Positions 28,981 to 39,541 of a stretch of 64,000 nt of DNA are shown here, piece after piece (positions within the stretch are counted from its first letter, which is position 1; every line of letters starts with the position of its first letter). The DNA comes from Minisyncoccota bacterium. GTDB taxonomy: Bacteria; Patescibacteriota; Minisyncoccia; Phycocordibacterales; UBA9973. A program made the translations under genes and the position numbers. The stretch covers positions 11,047 to 75,046 of the forward strand of contig JANOFO010000003.1 in assembly GCA_031413715.1 (NCBI GenBank), written 5' to 3'. The notes below the pieces were generated by a model. The model saw only the letters and a program-made list of their open reading frames with translations, searched no databases and had not been told where the DNA came from.

Positions 28981-29809
28981 AAACACGCTTGGCATTTTGT
29001 ATTATGGCTTTCGCTACTTCAGCTTCCAACAAACCTTTAATTTCAGCAATCTTTTTGACCACCTCTCGTATATACGAAGGCTCATTGCGATTGCCTCGGT
29101 AGGGCACCGGGGACACATACGGCGCATCAGTCTCGGACATAATCATATCGAGAGGAGTATTCCGGATAACTTCATCATAGTCTTTGGTAAAAGTAATCAC
29201 ACCGGTAAATGACAAAGTGAACCCAAATTCAACAAATGCCTTGGCATCATCTATATCACCTGCGAAAAAATGCACATCACCTTTTACTTTGGCATGCAGT
29301 TTTAATATATTGAGTGCATCATGATATACATTCCGCTTATTATCATCTACGCTATGGCGTAGATGTAACATAAGAGGTTTATTAAATTCATTGGCAAGTT
29401 CAATCTGATCGATAAACGCTTTCTTTTGCTTCTCAATTGTCTCCTCTGTACATCGGAAGTAATCCAAGCCACACTCGCCTATCGCAACCACCTTCTTATC
29501 TTTTAGAAGTTCTCTGTAAGCATCCTTATCGAAACTCTCGCCTCGTGAGGTAAATTCTACTCCCCCCTCTCCAAGCTCTTTTTCGTCGTGATATGATGCT
29601 CCAGTATGTATCGGATGAAGGCCAATTATGGCGTAGACTCCTTCTTCATATTGATTTGCCATCTCTACCGCTTTCCGCGAAGTGTCGATCTGAGTACCGA
29701 CATTGATAACCCAAGTATCGCTATCAAATGCTCGTTTAATAACCTCATCTCGATCTTCATCAAACGCTTTGAAATTTACATGAGAGTGGATGTCGATGTA
29801 TTTAGGCAT
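28970..29809 (-). CDS. tatD: TatD family DNase
   Basis: IDIHSH, GLHP, AIGECGLDY, ETDAPY. Confidence 0.95.
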   Translation of the reverse strand: MPKYIDIHSHVNFKAFDEDRDEVIKRAFDSDTWVINVGTQIDTSRKAVEMANQYEEGVYAIIGLHPIHTGASYHDEKELGEGGVEFTSRGESFDKDAYRELLKDKKVVAIGECGLDYFRCTEETIEKQKKAFIDQIELANEFNKPLMLHLRHSVDDNKRNVYHDALNILKLHAKVKGDVHFFAGDIDDAKAFVEFGFTLSFTGVITFTKDYDEVIRNTPLDMIMSETDAPYVSPVPYRGNRNEPSYIREVVKKIAEIKGLLEAEVAKAIIQNAKRVFDI

Positions 29810-31251
29810 TAATCTTTTCTCGCAAACAATGGCTCTTCTGGTTTCTTATTCTCTCGTATTAATTTTTTCAGCTTTTCATTCGTTTCTGGAAGTATCGGGT
29901 TGAGCATTCGTGCAATCTGGTAAAGACGAAGAATTAGATCCGTGATCAATATTTTACCTTTTTCTAAGTCAACTTTTACTACTTTAAATGGCTCAGTTTC
30001 CTGAATTGTTTTATCAAGTTCTCCGATTTCATTCCAGATATAATCGGTCACTTTCTTCAAATCATAGGTCTCAAACATTTTAAAATATTCTGCAAAATCA
30101 GATTTCTCTGGAATTTCTGGACATGCATCCAAGTATTTCTCGGAAAGCGTGAGTATACGGCTCGATAGGTTGCCTATCCCGTTTGCAAGACCTGAGTTAT
30201 ATGATTCCTTGAAGCGTTCCATTGTAAAAGGGCTGTCTTCGAATGCAGAGAGTTCCCGGAGGACAAAGTAGCGAAGTGCTTCTGTTCCATATTCTTTTAC
30301 CACATCATAAGGATTTACTACATTGCCAATTGATTTGGACATTTTTATCCCGCCATCGCCAGTGATAAATCCGTTGATGATTATTTGATTTGAGCAAGGC
30401 AAATCTGCAGCCATAAGCATCGCCTGCCACATAGCTGACTGCTGTCGGAGATTATCTTTACCACAGTATTGCGTTGGCATGCCATTAGCCCAGAACTTTT
30501 CAAAGCTCTCCATATCTTCGGGCCATCCAAGTGTAGATATATAGTTCACTAGAGCATCGAACCACACATACATAACATGGTCGTCATCACTTGGCACTGG
30601 TACGCCCCATGACATTTTTGATTTTAGGCGTGAGATGGAAAAATCTTCAAGTCCTGCTTGGACAAAAGTTTTGATTTCATGCAAACGAAAATCTGGCAAA
30701 ACAAATTTTGGATTGTTTTCATATAGATCAAGAAGTGGCTTTTGGAACGCTGAGAATTTGAAAAAGTAATTCTCTTCGTCTATCAACTCCACAGGTTTGC
30801 CAGGATGAATCGGGCATTCCCCTTTCTCATTGAGTTCTGAGTCAGTTTTTTCAAGCTCACAGCCTACACAGTACTTTGTCTGGTATGTTTTTTTGTATAT
30901 AAATCCGCGCTCATTGCAGCGATTCCAAAATTCTTGAGCAGCAGCTACATGGTGAGCATTGGTCGTACGTATAAAATGCACGTCATCTGATATGCCAAGT
31001 AAATCTTTCAACCCTCGAAAACGTTCCGCATAGCTATCTACATATGCTTGGACTTCTTTGCCTTCTGCCAAAGCTGCAGTGAGGAGTTTCTGTCCATGCT
31101 CATCCGTCCCCGTATTAAAAAAGACCTCGTAGCCTTCAAGCTTCCTTGCCCGAGCAATAACATCAGCACGAATTATTTCCATAGCGAAACCCACATGAGG
31201 ATCAGCATTCACATACGGCAATGTAGTAGTTATGTAGAAAGTCTTTGGCAT
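29809..31251 (-). CDS. metG: Methionine--tRNA ligase
   Basis: YITTTLPYVNADPHVG, GTDEHGQK, YVWFDAL, KMSKS. Confidence 0.97.
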   Translation of the reverse strand: MPKTFYITTTLPYVNADPHVGFAMEIIRADVIARARKLEGYEVFFNTGTDEHGQKLLTAALAEGKEVQAYVDSYAERFRGLKDLLGISDDVHFIRTTNAHHVAAAQEFWNRCNERGFIYKKTYQTKYCVGCELEKTDSELNEKGECPIHPGKPVELIDEENYFFKFSAFQKPLLDLYENNPKFVLPDFRLHEIKTFVQAGLEDFSISRLKSKMSWGVPVPSDDDHVMYVWFDALVNYISTLGWPEDMESFEKFWANGMPTQYCGKDNLRQQSAMWQAMLMAADLPCSNQIIINGFITGDGGIKMSKSIGNVVNPYDVVKEYGTEALRYFVLRELSAFEDSPFTMERFKESYNSGLANGIGNLSSRILTLSEKYLDACPEIPEKSDFAEYFKMFETYDLKKVTDYIWNEIGELDKTIQETEPFKVVKVDLEKGKILITDLILRLYQIARMLNPILPETNEKLKKLIRENKKPEEPLFARKD

Positions 31252-31252
31252 A

Positions 31253-32317
31253 TTAATTAGCGAGAGCTACTTTCTTTTTCTCAAGATCATCTAGAAATTC
31301 AAGCAAGCAGACAGCGCAAGGAACAGCCAGTATCACGCCCCATAGTCCTGCCAAAGTCGCTCCTATTATCAATGACAATATAACCACCACCGGAGAGATG
31401 CCTGTGGCCTTTCGTATTATAAGAGGATAAATCAGATATGTTTCAAATTGACCAATGACGAAATACATAAGTAACGTAATGGCAGAAATCGTAACACCTC
31501 CATCAAGATAAGCAAAGATAGTGCCCGGTATTGCAGCCAAGATTAATCCGAAAGGAATTAGTTCAGCTACAACAACCAAAAGTGCCAAAACTAGTGAGTA
31601 CTTTACGCCGATGATAGTGAGTCCGAGATACGTGAGCACGCCTACAATCACGCCCATCAGCATCTGACCCTGCATCCAAAGACCGATCTTACGTTCAGTA
31701 CGCTGCCAGAGTCCGATGATATATTCTTCATTTGCTTTAGGTGTAATGATTCGTAAAAATCCTTCAATACCATGCTCTGTAACTGAAAGATAGAAGGATA
31801 TAACAATAATCAAAATAAAATTGAGTATACCATCGAATGCTTGTCCAAATATATTAAAGAATCCTCCAGAGAGACTTGATGCCAAATCCTGAGTACTCTT
31901 TATAACATCTGGAAGAGACGCATTATGAGAAATATTCGTGACAATACCTTGAGCGCCTGAAATAGTATCAGGCTGGAATGTATTTAAAATGCTACTAGTT
32001 GGAATATACTGCGCAAGCTGAGTAACGAGTAATGACATTTCCTGGATAAAGACTGGCACAAATACAGACATCAGGCCTATGATGATCAAAAATGAGAATA
32101 GGTATAGTAAGAATACTGCAAGAGTCCTGTTCTTTACATACTTTTTCATTTTATGAACAGCAAATCCTATAAAGGAAGCGATAACTATAGAAGTGAGTAT
32201 TATAAGGATAATATTCGTAAGCTTCATGAGCGCCACAAATACGATCCCAAATAAAATAACCCTGATAATAGTTCCGTTTGATATAGAGATCTGGATAGAT
32301 TTAGTAGGTGACTCCAT
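31253..32317 (-). CDS. AI-2E family transporter
   Basis: Multi-TM; QFETYLIYPLII...GISPVVVILSLIIGATLAGLWGVILAVP. Confidence 0.9.
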   Translation of the reverse strand: MESPTKSIQISISNGTIIRVILFGIVFVALMKLTNIILIILTSIVIASFIGFAVHKMKKYVKNRTLAVFLLYLFSFLIIIGLMSVFVPVFIQEMSLLVTQLAQYIPTSSILNTFQPDTISGAQGIVTNISHNASLPDVIKSTQDLASSLSGGFFNIFGQAFDGILNFILIIVISFYLSVTEHGIEGFLRIITPKANEEYIIGLWQRTERKIGLWMQGQMLMGVIVGVLTYLGLTIIGVKYSLVLALLVVVAELIPFGLILAAIPGTIFAYLDGGVTISAITLLMYFVIGQFETYLIYPLIIRKATGISPVVVILSLIIGATLAGLWGVILAVPCAVCLLEFLDDLEKKKVALAN

Positions 32318-32350
32318 AAAGCCATTTTAGCACAATCGAGGATATGATGC

Positions 32351-33622
32351 CTAGAATTTCAATATCTTTTCAAAGTTGGATTTATCTTTGAATGGGCCTA
32401 TAAGACACAAGTTTAGATGCTTGGTTTTGAAGATTGTTTTGGCCATTTTTTGGATATCAGCACTCGTGACTTTATTTATGTTTTTTATCTTATCTTCAAG
32501 ACCTTTAAGTTCCCTCTTCATCAATTCTTGCGTGCCATAAAAGCTTGCTATATCGTCTGTCGCTTCAAGAGAGAGCTTCATATTGCCACCAAGGAAGGAT
32601 CTGATCTTGGAAAGCTCGGACTCGCTTACTTTCTCTTTGGTTAATCTATTACATTCATTCAATATTTCTTTGATGACTTCAAGTGTACGTTCATTATTTA
32701 CACCTGCTGATATTTGAAACGCGCCAGTATCGAGCGAAGGATCATTATAAGCGCGCACATAGTAAGCCACGCCCATCTCTTCACGAAGCTTTATAAAGAG
32801 CCTAGAGCTCATCCCTGCCCCAAGGACTCCCGACAAAACGGAGAGAATTGCATTCCTAGGATCTTTGAGCGGAAATGTCCTGACTCCGAGCACAAAATGC
32901 GTCTGATCAGTAACCTTATGCTTAACTAGAACCTTTGGTTTACTTTGTGATATTCTTGTTTTTACTTTTTTCCCTTTCTTGCCGGTATGAACATTCTTAA
33001 AATGTTTAGCTGCTTCTTTATACACCTCGTCTTTGCTTACGCTACCTGCTACTACGATGACTGTCCCCTCTGCTACATAATGATCTTTTTTATATTTTAC
33101 GAAATCATCTCGCTCCATGGCTCGGACATTGTCTTTCGTGCCTGCAATATTGCGTCCTGCTGGTTGATCGCCATAAAGTACTTCTTGGAAAAGATCTTGT
33201 ACGTGGCGCGCTGGCATATCTTCGTACATATTTATCTCTTCTACTATGACCCCTTTCTCTTTTTGTATTTCAGCATCGGGGAAAGTAGAGTTAAGATATA
33301 TATCAGAAATTACATCAAATATCTTTTTGAAATTCTTGGAATCAGATTTGGCATAATACCCTGTCATCTCATGGTCAGTGAAGGCGTTATATTGCGCACC
33401 AAGACCATCGAGCTCGTGCGATATAGCCTGGGCATTTGGTCTCTTTATTGTGCCTTTGAAACACATATGCTCAAGAAAGTGCGATATACCATTTACCTTC
33501 TTGGTCTCATAATTTGATCCAGTACCAACAAGCACCAAGACTGTCACCGTAGGATTATCTTTCATCGGAATGGTAACAATCCGAAGCCCGTTCTTTAATG
33601 TTTTTTTATTTGGTTTAATCAT
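32351..33622 (-). CDS. M16 family zinc peptidase
   Basis: GISHFLEHMCFKGT, SSRLF..LREE.G.AY. Confidence 0.95.
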   Translation of the reverse strand: MIKPNKKTLKNGLRIVTIPMKDNPTVTVLVLVGTGSNYETKKVNGISHFLEHMCFKGTIKRPNAQAISHELDGLGAQYNAFTDHEMTGYYAKSDSKNFKKIFDVISDIYLNSTFPDAEIQKEKGVIVEEINMYEDMPARHVQDLFQEVLYGDQPAGRNIAGTKDNVRAMERDDFVKYKKDHYVAEGTVIVVAGSVSKDEVYKEAAKHFKNVHTGKKGKKVKTRISQSKPKVLVKHKVTDQTHFVLGVRTFPLKDPRNAILSVLSGVLGAGMSSRLFIKLREEMGVAYYVRAYNDPSLDTGAFQISAGVNNERTLEVIKEILNECNRLTKEKVSESELSKIRSFLGGNMKLSLEATDDIASFYGTQELMKRELKGLEDKIKNINKVTSADIQKMAKTIFKTKHLNLCLIGPFKDKSNFEKILKF

Positions 33623-34167
33623 AAATTTTCTTGTTTTTCTAACATCAATAGATCGTACCCTCTTTTAACTTCATCTTCTGGCAAAACACCCAGAGAAATA
33701 GTGAAATCTAGCAACTCTTTTCTAACTTGATCGATGTTCTCTTCTGCCATCTTTTCAACTTCAATAAATGTGCCGAGATCATCAACCTCATCAATACAAA
33801 CTTCGTATTCTCCCACCATTCCTTTCTGACGATTTTTTGTAACTGTGTTTGCAGTTTTATATCCCATCAAGAGTAGTGCTTGTTCTAGAGTTTTAGCATC
33901 TTGTATTTCTATCTCGTGCTCAATCTTAGAAAGGTTTTTGTGTTTTGAGAGATCCGCTTTTACTGTGAAAAAGAATTTGCCTTCATTTGTTTCTCTGATT
34001 CTCGGGAAATGATCATTCGTCAAATACTCAGCAACCGTACCAATTACTCTGGTATAAACCGTGTCTTTCTGTTTGACTTGTGGAGAAAAAACGCATCCAA
34101 GTGCTTCCAATTTTTCCATAATCTCTCTCTTGTCTCTAAGCTTGACCTTTATTTCAATTTCTTTCAT
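33619..34167 (-). CDS. CYTH domain protein (class IV adenylate cyclase-like)
   Basis: EIEIK start, DEVDDLGTFIEVE. Confidence 0.9.
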   Translation of the reverse strand: MKEIEIKVKLRDKREIMEKLEALGCVFSPQVKQKDTVYTRVIGTVAEYLTNDHFPRIRETNEGKFFFTVKADLSKHKNLSKIEHEIEIQDAKTLEQALLLMGYKTANTVTKNRQKGMVGEYEVCIDEVDDLGTFIEVEKMAEENIDQVRKELLDFTISLGVLPEDEVKRGYDLLMLEKQENL

Positions 34168-34168
34168 T

Positions 34169-35467
34169 CTATGACAATTTATCTTTTATATATTCTGTAA
34201 GTTCAGTAATTTTTATTCTCTCTTGTATTCCTGTATCCCGGTCGCGGATTGTGACAGATTCGTCGGTTAGTGTATCGAAGTCGATTACAATGCACCATGG
34301 AGTACCTATCTCGTCCTGCCTGCGGTAACGCTTGCCGATATTGCCATTGTCATCCCACATAACTCTTCCAAACTCTGCTTTCAGCGTTCCATACACTAGG
34401 CGAGCTTTATCTACAAGCTCAGGCTTATTTTTTAAAAGTGGAGAGACAGCGCAAATAATCGGCGCCATAGAGGGCTTGAGGGCAAGATACGTGCGAACTT
34501 CCCCGTTCTGCTCGTCTTCTTTATAAGAAGAGAGCATGAGGGCGAGCATCATGCGATCGACACCAATTGACGGCTCAATGACGTGAGGCACGATTTTCTC
34601 TTTGGCTTCCTCGTCTATATATTCTAGCTTGTGATTATCAAGATCAAAGCTGCCACGGTATGCAAGACCTAAAAGCTCTTTCTGCCCAAAAGGAAAATCA
34701 AATTCAAAATCAATAGTCCTCTTTGAATAATGAGCGCGATCCCCATCTCCCACTTCGATCTCATGCAAGCTTGCCATATCAAGCCCAAGTTCTTCGACGA
34801 ACTCGACAATGGAATCTTTCCAAAAAGTAAAGTATTTTTCCCAGTCTTCGCTGCGAATAAAGTATTCTACTTCCATCTGTTCTATCTCGCGTACCCGAAA
34901 TACAAAGTCGCGAGGAGTAATCTCGTTGCGGAATGCCTTTCCGATTTGAGCAATGCCGAATGGAAGCTTCGGATGGAACGAATCAACGATATTCTTGAAG
35001 TTTACGAATATTCCCTGGGCAGTCTCGGGACGCAGATACACCGTTGCCGAGGAATCCTCCATCGCGCCGATCTGAGTGGCAAACATCATATTAAATTGCC
35101 GAGCTTCACCGAGCGCACCCTTACAGTCAGGACAAATTTTAGGATCAGCCAATTGATCAGCGCGAAAACGATGATGGCATTTCGAGCATTCTACAAGTGG
35201 GTCAGAAAATCCGGCTACGTGCCCTGACGCTTCCCAAACTTTCGCGCTCATAAGGATCGCAGCATCGACTTCGTACATATCATCGCGTGAGGAAACAAAT
35301 TTCTTGCGCCACGCTTCCTTGATATTGTTCCGCAATGCTACACCTAGAGGACCGAAGTCCCAAGTGCCGGCAAGCCCGCCATAAATTTCTGAACCGGCGT
35401 AGATAAAACCCCGACGCTTGGCAAGCGATATGATCTTTTCCATGAGGTTTTGGTTAGTATTGGTCAT
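34169..35467 (-). CDS. glyS: Glycine--tRNA ligase (alpha2 type)
   Basis: KRRGF, YLRPETAQG, GKAFRNEITP, HVIEPSIG, IGKRYRRQDEIG. Confidence 0.97.
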   Translation of the reverse strand: MTNTNQNLMEKIISLAKRRGFIYAGSEIYGGLAGTWDFGPLGVALRNNIKEAWRKKFVSSRDDMYEVDAAILMSAKVWEASGHVAGFSDPLVECSKCHHRFRADQLADPKICPDCKGALGEARQFNMMFATQIGAMEDSSATVYLRPETAQGIFVNFKNIVDSFHPKLPFGIAQIGKAFRNEITPRDFVFRVREIEQMEVEYFIRSEDWEKYFTFWKDSIVEFVEELGLDMASLHEIEVGDGDRAHYSKRTIDFEFDFPFGQKELLGLAYRGSFDLDNHKLEYIDEEAKEKIVPHVIEPSIGVDRMMLALMLSSYKEDEQNGEVRTYLALKPSMAPIICAVSPLLKNKPELVDKARLVYGTLKAEFGRVMWDDNGNIGKRYRRQDEIGTPWCIVIDFDTLTDESVTIRDRDTGIQERIKITELTEYIKDKLS

Positions 35468-35469
35468 AT

Positions 35470-37386
35470 CTATGGTATAACACGTTCATTGCCTTGTTGA
35501 AAGTTTGAATTGTTCGTGAGTTGAGTGGTAATCGGTCCGCGCTTGCTTTGAATCAAAGTACCTGTAAAAGTATCCGTTCCAGAAAGTAGGACATCTTTCA
35601 TAAGCTGGGGCACAGACCCTACTTGTGATGTAGACGGCGTTAGAGAAAGAGTAAATGATGCTTCACGACTGGAAGCAAATCCAGTATTAGGATTAACGGT
35701 GCCAATATTCCAGATTACTTCCCTAGTAGTTTCATTATACGAGATATTTTCCTTACCTCCTCCTTGTACTCCTACCCACTTTATATAAATAGGAAGCACA
35801 GAGCGAGCCTGGGCATTCGTGATAATGTTTGTAGAATTCACCAGGTTCCATGTTACGGTATATTTTGTTTCTGTTTCTGCTTTGGGAGGCAGAGAACCCG
35901 ATGTATAGACAGCCGAAGAAGCAAGCTGGAAGTCAGAAAGTACTTTTACTATTTTGCTGCTCGCATTATTTACATCATTGAACGTAGATCCGTCCGAGGG
36001 TTGTATGCCTTTTATCCTGACACCAAGCGCCACCTGTGGACTTTTGATAAGAGTGGCATTACCCACAAGCGAGATTGGCTTGAAAGAAAAGGACATGGAT
36101 CCACTTGATCCAGGCTCAACCGAGGCAAGCTCTGAAATGCTGTTTTTATCCCAGATGATTTGATTATTAACCGAATCAAAGAATCCTTCGCCTGCGTTAA
36201 CTGCGGTTCGATCATATGCATTGCCCGATAGTCCGACTATGATTTGCGCGTCGATAATGCGAGTAGAGAGATTGTTGACCCATGATATTTGAGCATTTAC
36301 GCTCTCTCCGCCAGATGCTGTGTATGTAGGTAGATCCTGACCATTCACGATTATACGAGCTTCGAGGAATGGCTTGGTGATGGAAAGAGTCTGTAGAAGC
36401 GATGTATAGACTACATTAACCACTGATTGATCGGTTGGTTTTGGCGCTCCAGCGTACACATGGAATACTTGTTCCTCCCCATCCTGGCCTACCAAACGCC
36501 CATTTAATGTGATAGTTATCGGATTTGTTTTCGTAAGAGAATCAAGATTCCAGACTGAGCTGCCTATCGTAGGCGTCGGTATTGCGCTGTCAAAAACGAA
36601 ATTATTTGGATATGTAACTTGGAGGATTGTGTGACCTTCTGGCAAAGTCGTGTTGAGTGTAGCAGTAATCTTCATAGTAATAATCTGATCTGAAGTCGCA
36701 GTCGTAGGCGCATCTATGATAAGTGAAAGCGGAGCCGAACTTATCGTAACTGGATATTCTTTCTCTTTGGTAAATATAGCATTAGAACCTTCGGGATGAT
36801 ATTCCAGACTCACTTTCACTGTACGTATAGATTTCTCGTCGCCGAAAAGAGTAACTTTAATGTTGCGAGTAATAGTCTGCCCGGCCTTTATCGTACCGAT
36901 ACTATCACGAGGAAGTCGTATGACGTCAGTTGCGTTGTCACTGGCACCACGAGGATATTCGATTAAAAGGTCGGCGAGTTCGAGACTGGCGTTATTGTTA
37001 TTTGTAATTTCTATCTGGAGCGGTAGTTCATCTCCACCTTTTGTAAATGCATTGCCAAGGACTGTAATCTCTATATTGTCATTTGAAACAGAAACTCCTC
37101 CGCGCATAAACATAGTTACAGAAAATATAATCGCAGCAAAAAAGAAAATGGTTGCGCCAATAAAAAACTTTTTAAAGCCTGACATTCGCGGCTTTCTAAC
37201 ATACCTCGGATCAAGAGGATTGCCGTCTGGTCCGGCGCTTGGTTGCCAGCTCGCAGGAACTTTGTGAGCTATAGGGTGCAGCACGCCTTCGCGAGAGCGA
37301 TTAGTCGTAGAGTCTTCTCTATCGTAAAGATGACGCTTAATATCTTCGATTCTATTTCCATTTAGATTATTATCATTCTCTGCCAT
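35470..37386 (-). CDS. Membrane-anchored beta-rich (Ig-like repeat) hypothetical protein
   Basis: Single TM after cytoplasmic N-terminus; repeated beta-sandwich-like segments; start placed at MAENDNN. Confidence 0.7.
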   Translation of the reverse strand: MAENDNNLNGNRIEDIKRHLYDREDSTTNRSREGVLHPIAHKVPASWQPSAGPDGNPLDPRYVRKPRMSGFKKFFIGATIFFFAAIIFSVTMFMRGGVSVSNDNIEITVLGNAFTKGGDELPLQIEITNNNNASLELADLLIEYPRGASDNATDVIRLPRDSIGTIKAGQTITRNIKVTLFGDEKSIRTVKVSLEYHPEGSNAIFTKEKEYPVTISSAPLSLIIDAPTTATSDQIITMKITATLNTTLPEGHTILQVTYPNNFVFDSAIPTPTIGSSVWNLDSLTKTNPITITLNGRLVGQDGEEQVFHVYAGAPKPTDQSVVNVVYTSLLQTLSITKPFLEARIIVNGQDLPTYTASGGESVNAQISWVNNLSTRIIDAQIIVGLSGNAYDRTAVNAGEGFFDSVNNQIIWDKNSISELASVEPGSSGSMSFSFKPISLVGNATLIKSPQVALGVRIKGIQPSDGSTFNDVNNASSKIVKVLSDFQLASSAVYTSGSLPPKAETETKYTVTWNLVNSTNIITNAQARSVLPIYIKWVGVQGGGKENISYNETTREVIWNIGTVNPNTGFASSREASFTLSLTPSTSQVGSVPQLMKDVLLSGTDTFTGTLIQSKRGPITTQLTNNSNFQQGNERVIP

Positions 37387-37409
37387 ATAGAAAGTAGTAT
37401 AGCACAAAA

Positions 37410-37994
37410 CTAAAGACCGCTCTCGTTTAAAGCCTTATTTATATGCGCTATTATAGACTGACGCTCTTTTAGAATGGCTTCTGTCTCCTTTTGGTCAAAT
37501 GGAGTTGATAAATATTGAGCAAGCATTGCTGACTCGCCAATATACCCCAGAGTATTCATAATGCGTAGTACTAAATGAAGTTCTAGAGCCGCCCTAGTAG
37601 AGATAGATATACTACTATCGTCGAGCATATATAGCGCCTGGATAAAATCATCGAAAATCTTTCCTGACTCTTCTTCCCCATCGCAGAGACGCTCGATAAG
37701 CTTGCCGATACGAGCAATCAGAAGCAGTGACTCTCGATCTGCCCTTGCATACGGGAATGACGTAATAGTAGAAGCTGATGTAACGCGCCAAATATCACGA
37801 CCTCGAACAAGATCAATTTTAATGTATGAAAAATCTTGAAGCGAAAAACGAAGTTTCGATTTGTTTAATCTTATACCTTGAGCAGCTGCTCGCACTAATC
37901 CCATTTCGCGCGTATATATAGAGAGCATCTTGTTAGCTTCGCCAGTATTGCGAGAAGATAAGATAAACCCATGAGTGTGATGTATGTGATGCAT
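37410..37994 (-). CDS. recO: DNA repair protein RecO
   Basis: GFILSSRNTGEANKMLSIYTREMGLVRAAAQGIR..KSKL. Confidence 0.88.
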   Translation of the reverse strand: MHHIHHTHGFILSSRNTGEANKMLSIYTREMGLVRAAAQGIRLNKSKLRFSLQDFSYIKIDLVRGRDIWRVTSASTITSFPYARADRESLLLIARIGKLIERLCDGEEESGKIFDDFIQALYMLDDSSISISTRAALELHLVLRIMNTLGYIGESAMLAQYLSTPFDQKETEAILKERQSIIAHINKALNESGL

Positions 37995-37995
37995 G

Positions 37996-38430
37996 CTATT
38001 TATTATCCGAAGTTAAAATTTCCTTACCATTTGGTCCTGCCCAGTCAGTATATCGCCACCACGTCGGATTAAAGATAAAGAATACAAATTTCGGATCTAG
38101 AGATTTTTCCTTTTTGTTAGGAAATTTACCAAAGTAAATAGCATCAAACAGTTCCTTTTCTTCTTCCGTAATTAGCCGCGCCTCCCCGTCAATCTGAAGC
38201 GTTTTCATATCACTTTCACTTGAACCTATAACAAAAGAGGCTCTTGTCATATTTTTCCCAAAAAGCGGTTCAGCTTTTCTATACTCTCGATACGTTTCAA
38301 AGTAAAACTGAAGCGGATCCTCTGTATTTGCAAAATGCACTGTCGCAGCATGAGGTGAACCATCAAGCATTTCAACTGCAAGGACGCCAACTCTTTGACT
38401 ATTTATATAATCAAGAATCTTCTGATCCAT
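37996..38430 (-). CDS. Pyridoxamine 5'-phosphate oxidase-like FMN-binding protein
   Basis: VGVLAV..DGSPHAATV, TLQIDGEA. Confidence 0.8.
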   Translation of the reverse strand: MDQKILDYINSQRVGVLAVEMLDGSPHAATVHFANTEDPLQFYFETYREYRKAEPLFGKNMTRASFVIGSSESDMKTLQIDGEARLITEEEKELFDAIYFGKFPNKKEKSLDPKFVFFIFNPTWWRYTDWAGPNGKEILTSDNK

Positions 38431-38435
38431 ATTAT

Positions 38436-39077
38436 TTAGATTTCTTCTTCTTTCCCTATTTCCAAAATCTTGAATTCAATATTGTTCTTTTCTAAAAATC
38501 CTCCGGGAATTTTTCTGATAAAGCCGTCTCTCTTTATATTCCAGTCGTGCACAGGAAAAGTTACTCGAGGTTTTATCGCGATCGCATAATCGATTGAATC
38601 TTTGATTCGCAACCAAGGACCAAGTACGGGAAGCGCCAGAATGTCGACAGGTTTTCCCGGATTGGTAAATGAATCTCCCGGATAAAATAGATCTTTGCCG
38701 ATAAAGTAGCCAGTATTCTGAACCTGGCCGAAGTCTTCATAGATCTCTGCATGCTTATCACCACGGGCTTCGAGATATACACCAGCAAATTCACCAATAC
38801 CCCCATCTTCTAGGATTTGGTGTGGAATGCCAGACTCACCAAGAATCTTGCCGACAGAACTATTAGTAACCACAATAGCAGCTGGATTATTAAGGAGTAC
38901 ATTTTTAAGTGATTCAATGTGTAAATGATCATTATGCTCATGAGTAATAACCACAAGATCAATATTTTTTTCTTCTTCTTGTCCTTCTATTGTGTATTCG
39001 CCCGGGTCAGTTAGGACTCGTTTATTGCCAATAGTTATAACTAGGCAGCAGTGGCCTATCTTCTTGATCTTCATCAT
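38436..39077 (-). CDS. Metallo-beta-lactamase fold hydrolase
   Basis: GHCC, TDPG, ITHEHNDH, YPGDS, PVHD. Confidence 0.9.
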   Translation of the reverse strand: MMKIKKIGHCCLVITIGNKRVLTDPGEYTIEGQEEEKNIDLVVITHEHNDHLHIESLKNVLLNNPAAIVVTNSSVGKILGESGIPHQILEDGGIGEFAGVYLEARGDKHAEIYEDFGQVQNTGYFIGKDLFYPGDSFTNPGKPVDILALPVLGPWLRIKDSIDYAIAIKPRVTFPVHDWNIKRDGFIRKIPGGFLEKNNIEFKILEIGKEEEI

Positions 39078-39078
39078 C

Positions 39079-39540
39079 CTATTTTACCACATTTTTTGAT
39101 TCGTACTCATCTAAGTATTTTTGAGCTTGTTTGAGGGTTTGTATTCGGCCCTCCTTTTTAAATACGAATGTATTTCGAGCTTCCTCGTACGTAGCCCATT
39201 TGTAGTCGAGTATTTCCCCTTCTTGGATTTTCACAGTCTTATCTTTTACAATTCCCACAAAATATTTACAGATTTTATCGATTGTTTGTCCGTTCTTTAC
39301 AATCTCATAGCGTTCGTCTATAAGAGGAGCATCCAATAACTCTATATCAGCGATCCCAGTCTCTTCCACGAGCTCTCGCATAGCAATCACAAGGGGGTCT
39401 GTTTCCCCTTCTTCTCTTTTACCTTTAGGATAGCTCCAATTTTGATACTTTTCATCTTGAAAAAGAATGAGATATTTGTACTCTCCGTCTTCCTTAAATA
39501 CTGTTACTACTCCATAAGCCATGTGTTCAATATCGGCCAT
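39079..39540 (-). CDS. Nudix hydrolase (Ap4A-hydrolase-like)
   Basis: WSYPKGKREEGE...AMRELVEETGI. Confidence 0.88.
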   Translation of the reverse strand: MADIEHMAYGVVTVFKEDGEYKYLILFQDEKYQNWSYPKGKREEGETDPLVIAMRELVEETGIADIELLDAPLIDERYEIVKNGQTIDKICKYFVGIVKDKTVKIQEGEILDYKWATYEEARNTFVFKKEGRIQTLKQAQKYLDEYESKNVVK

Positions 39541-39541
39541 A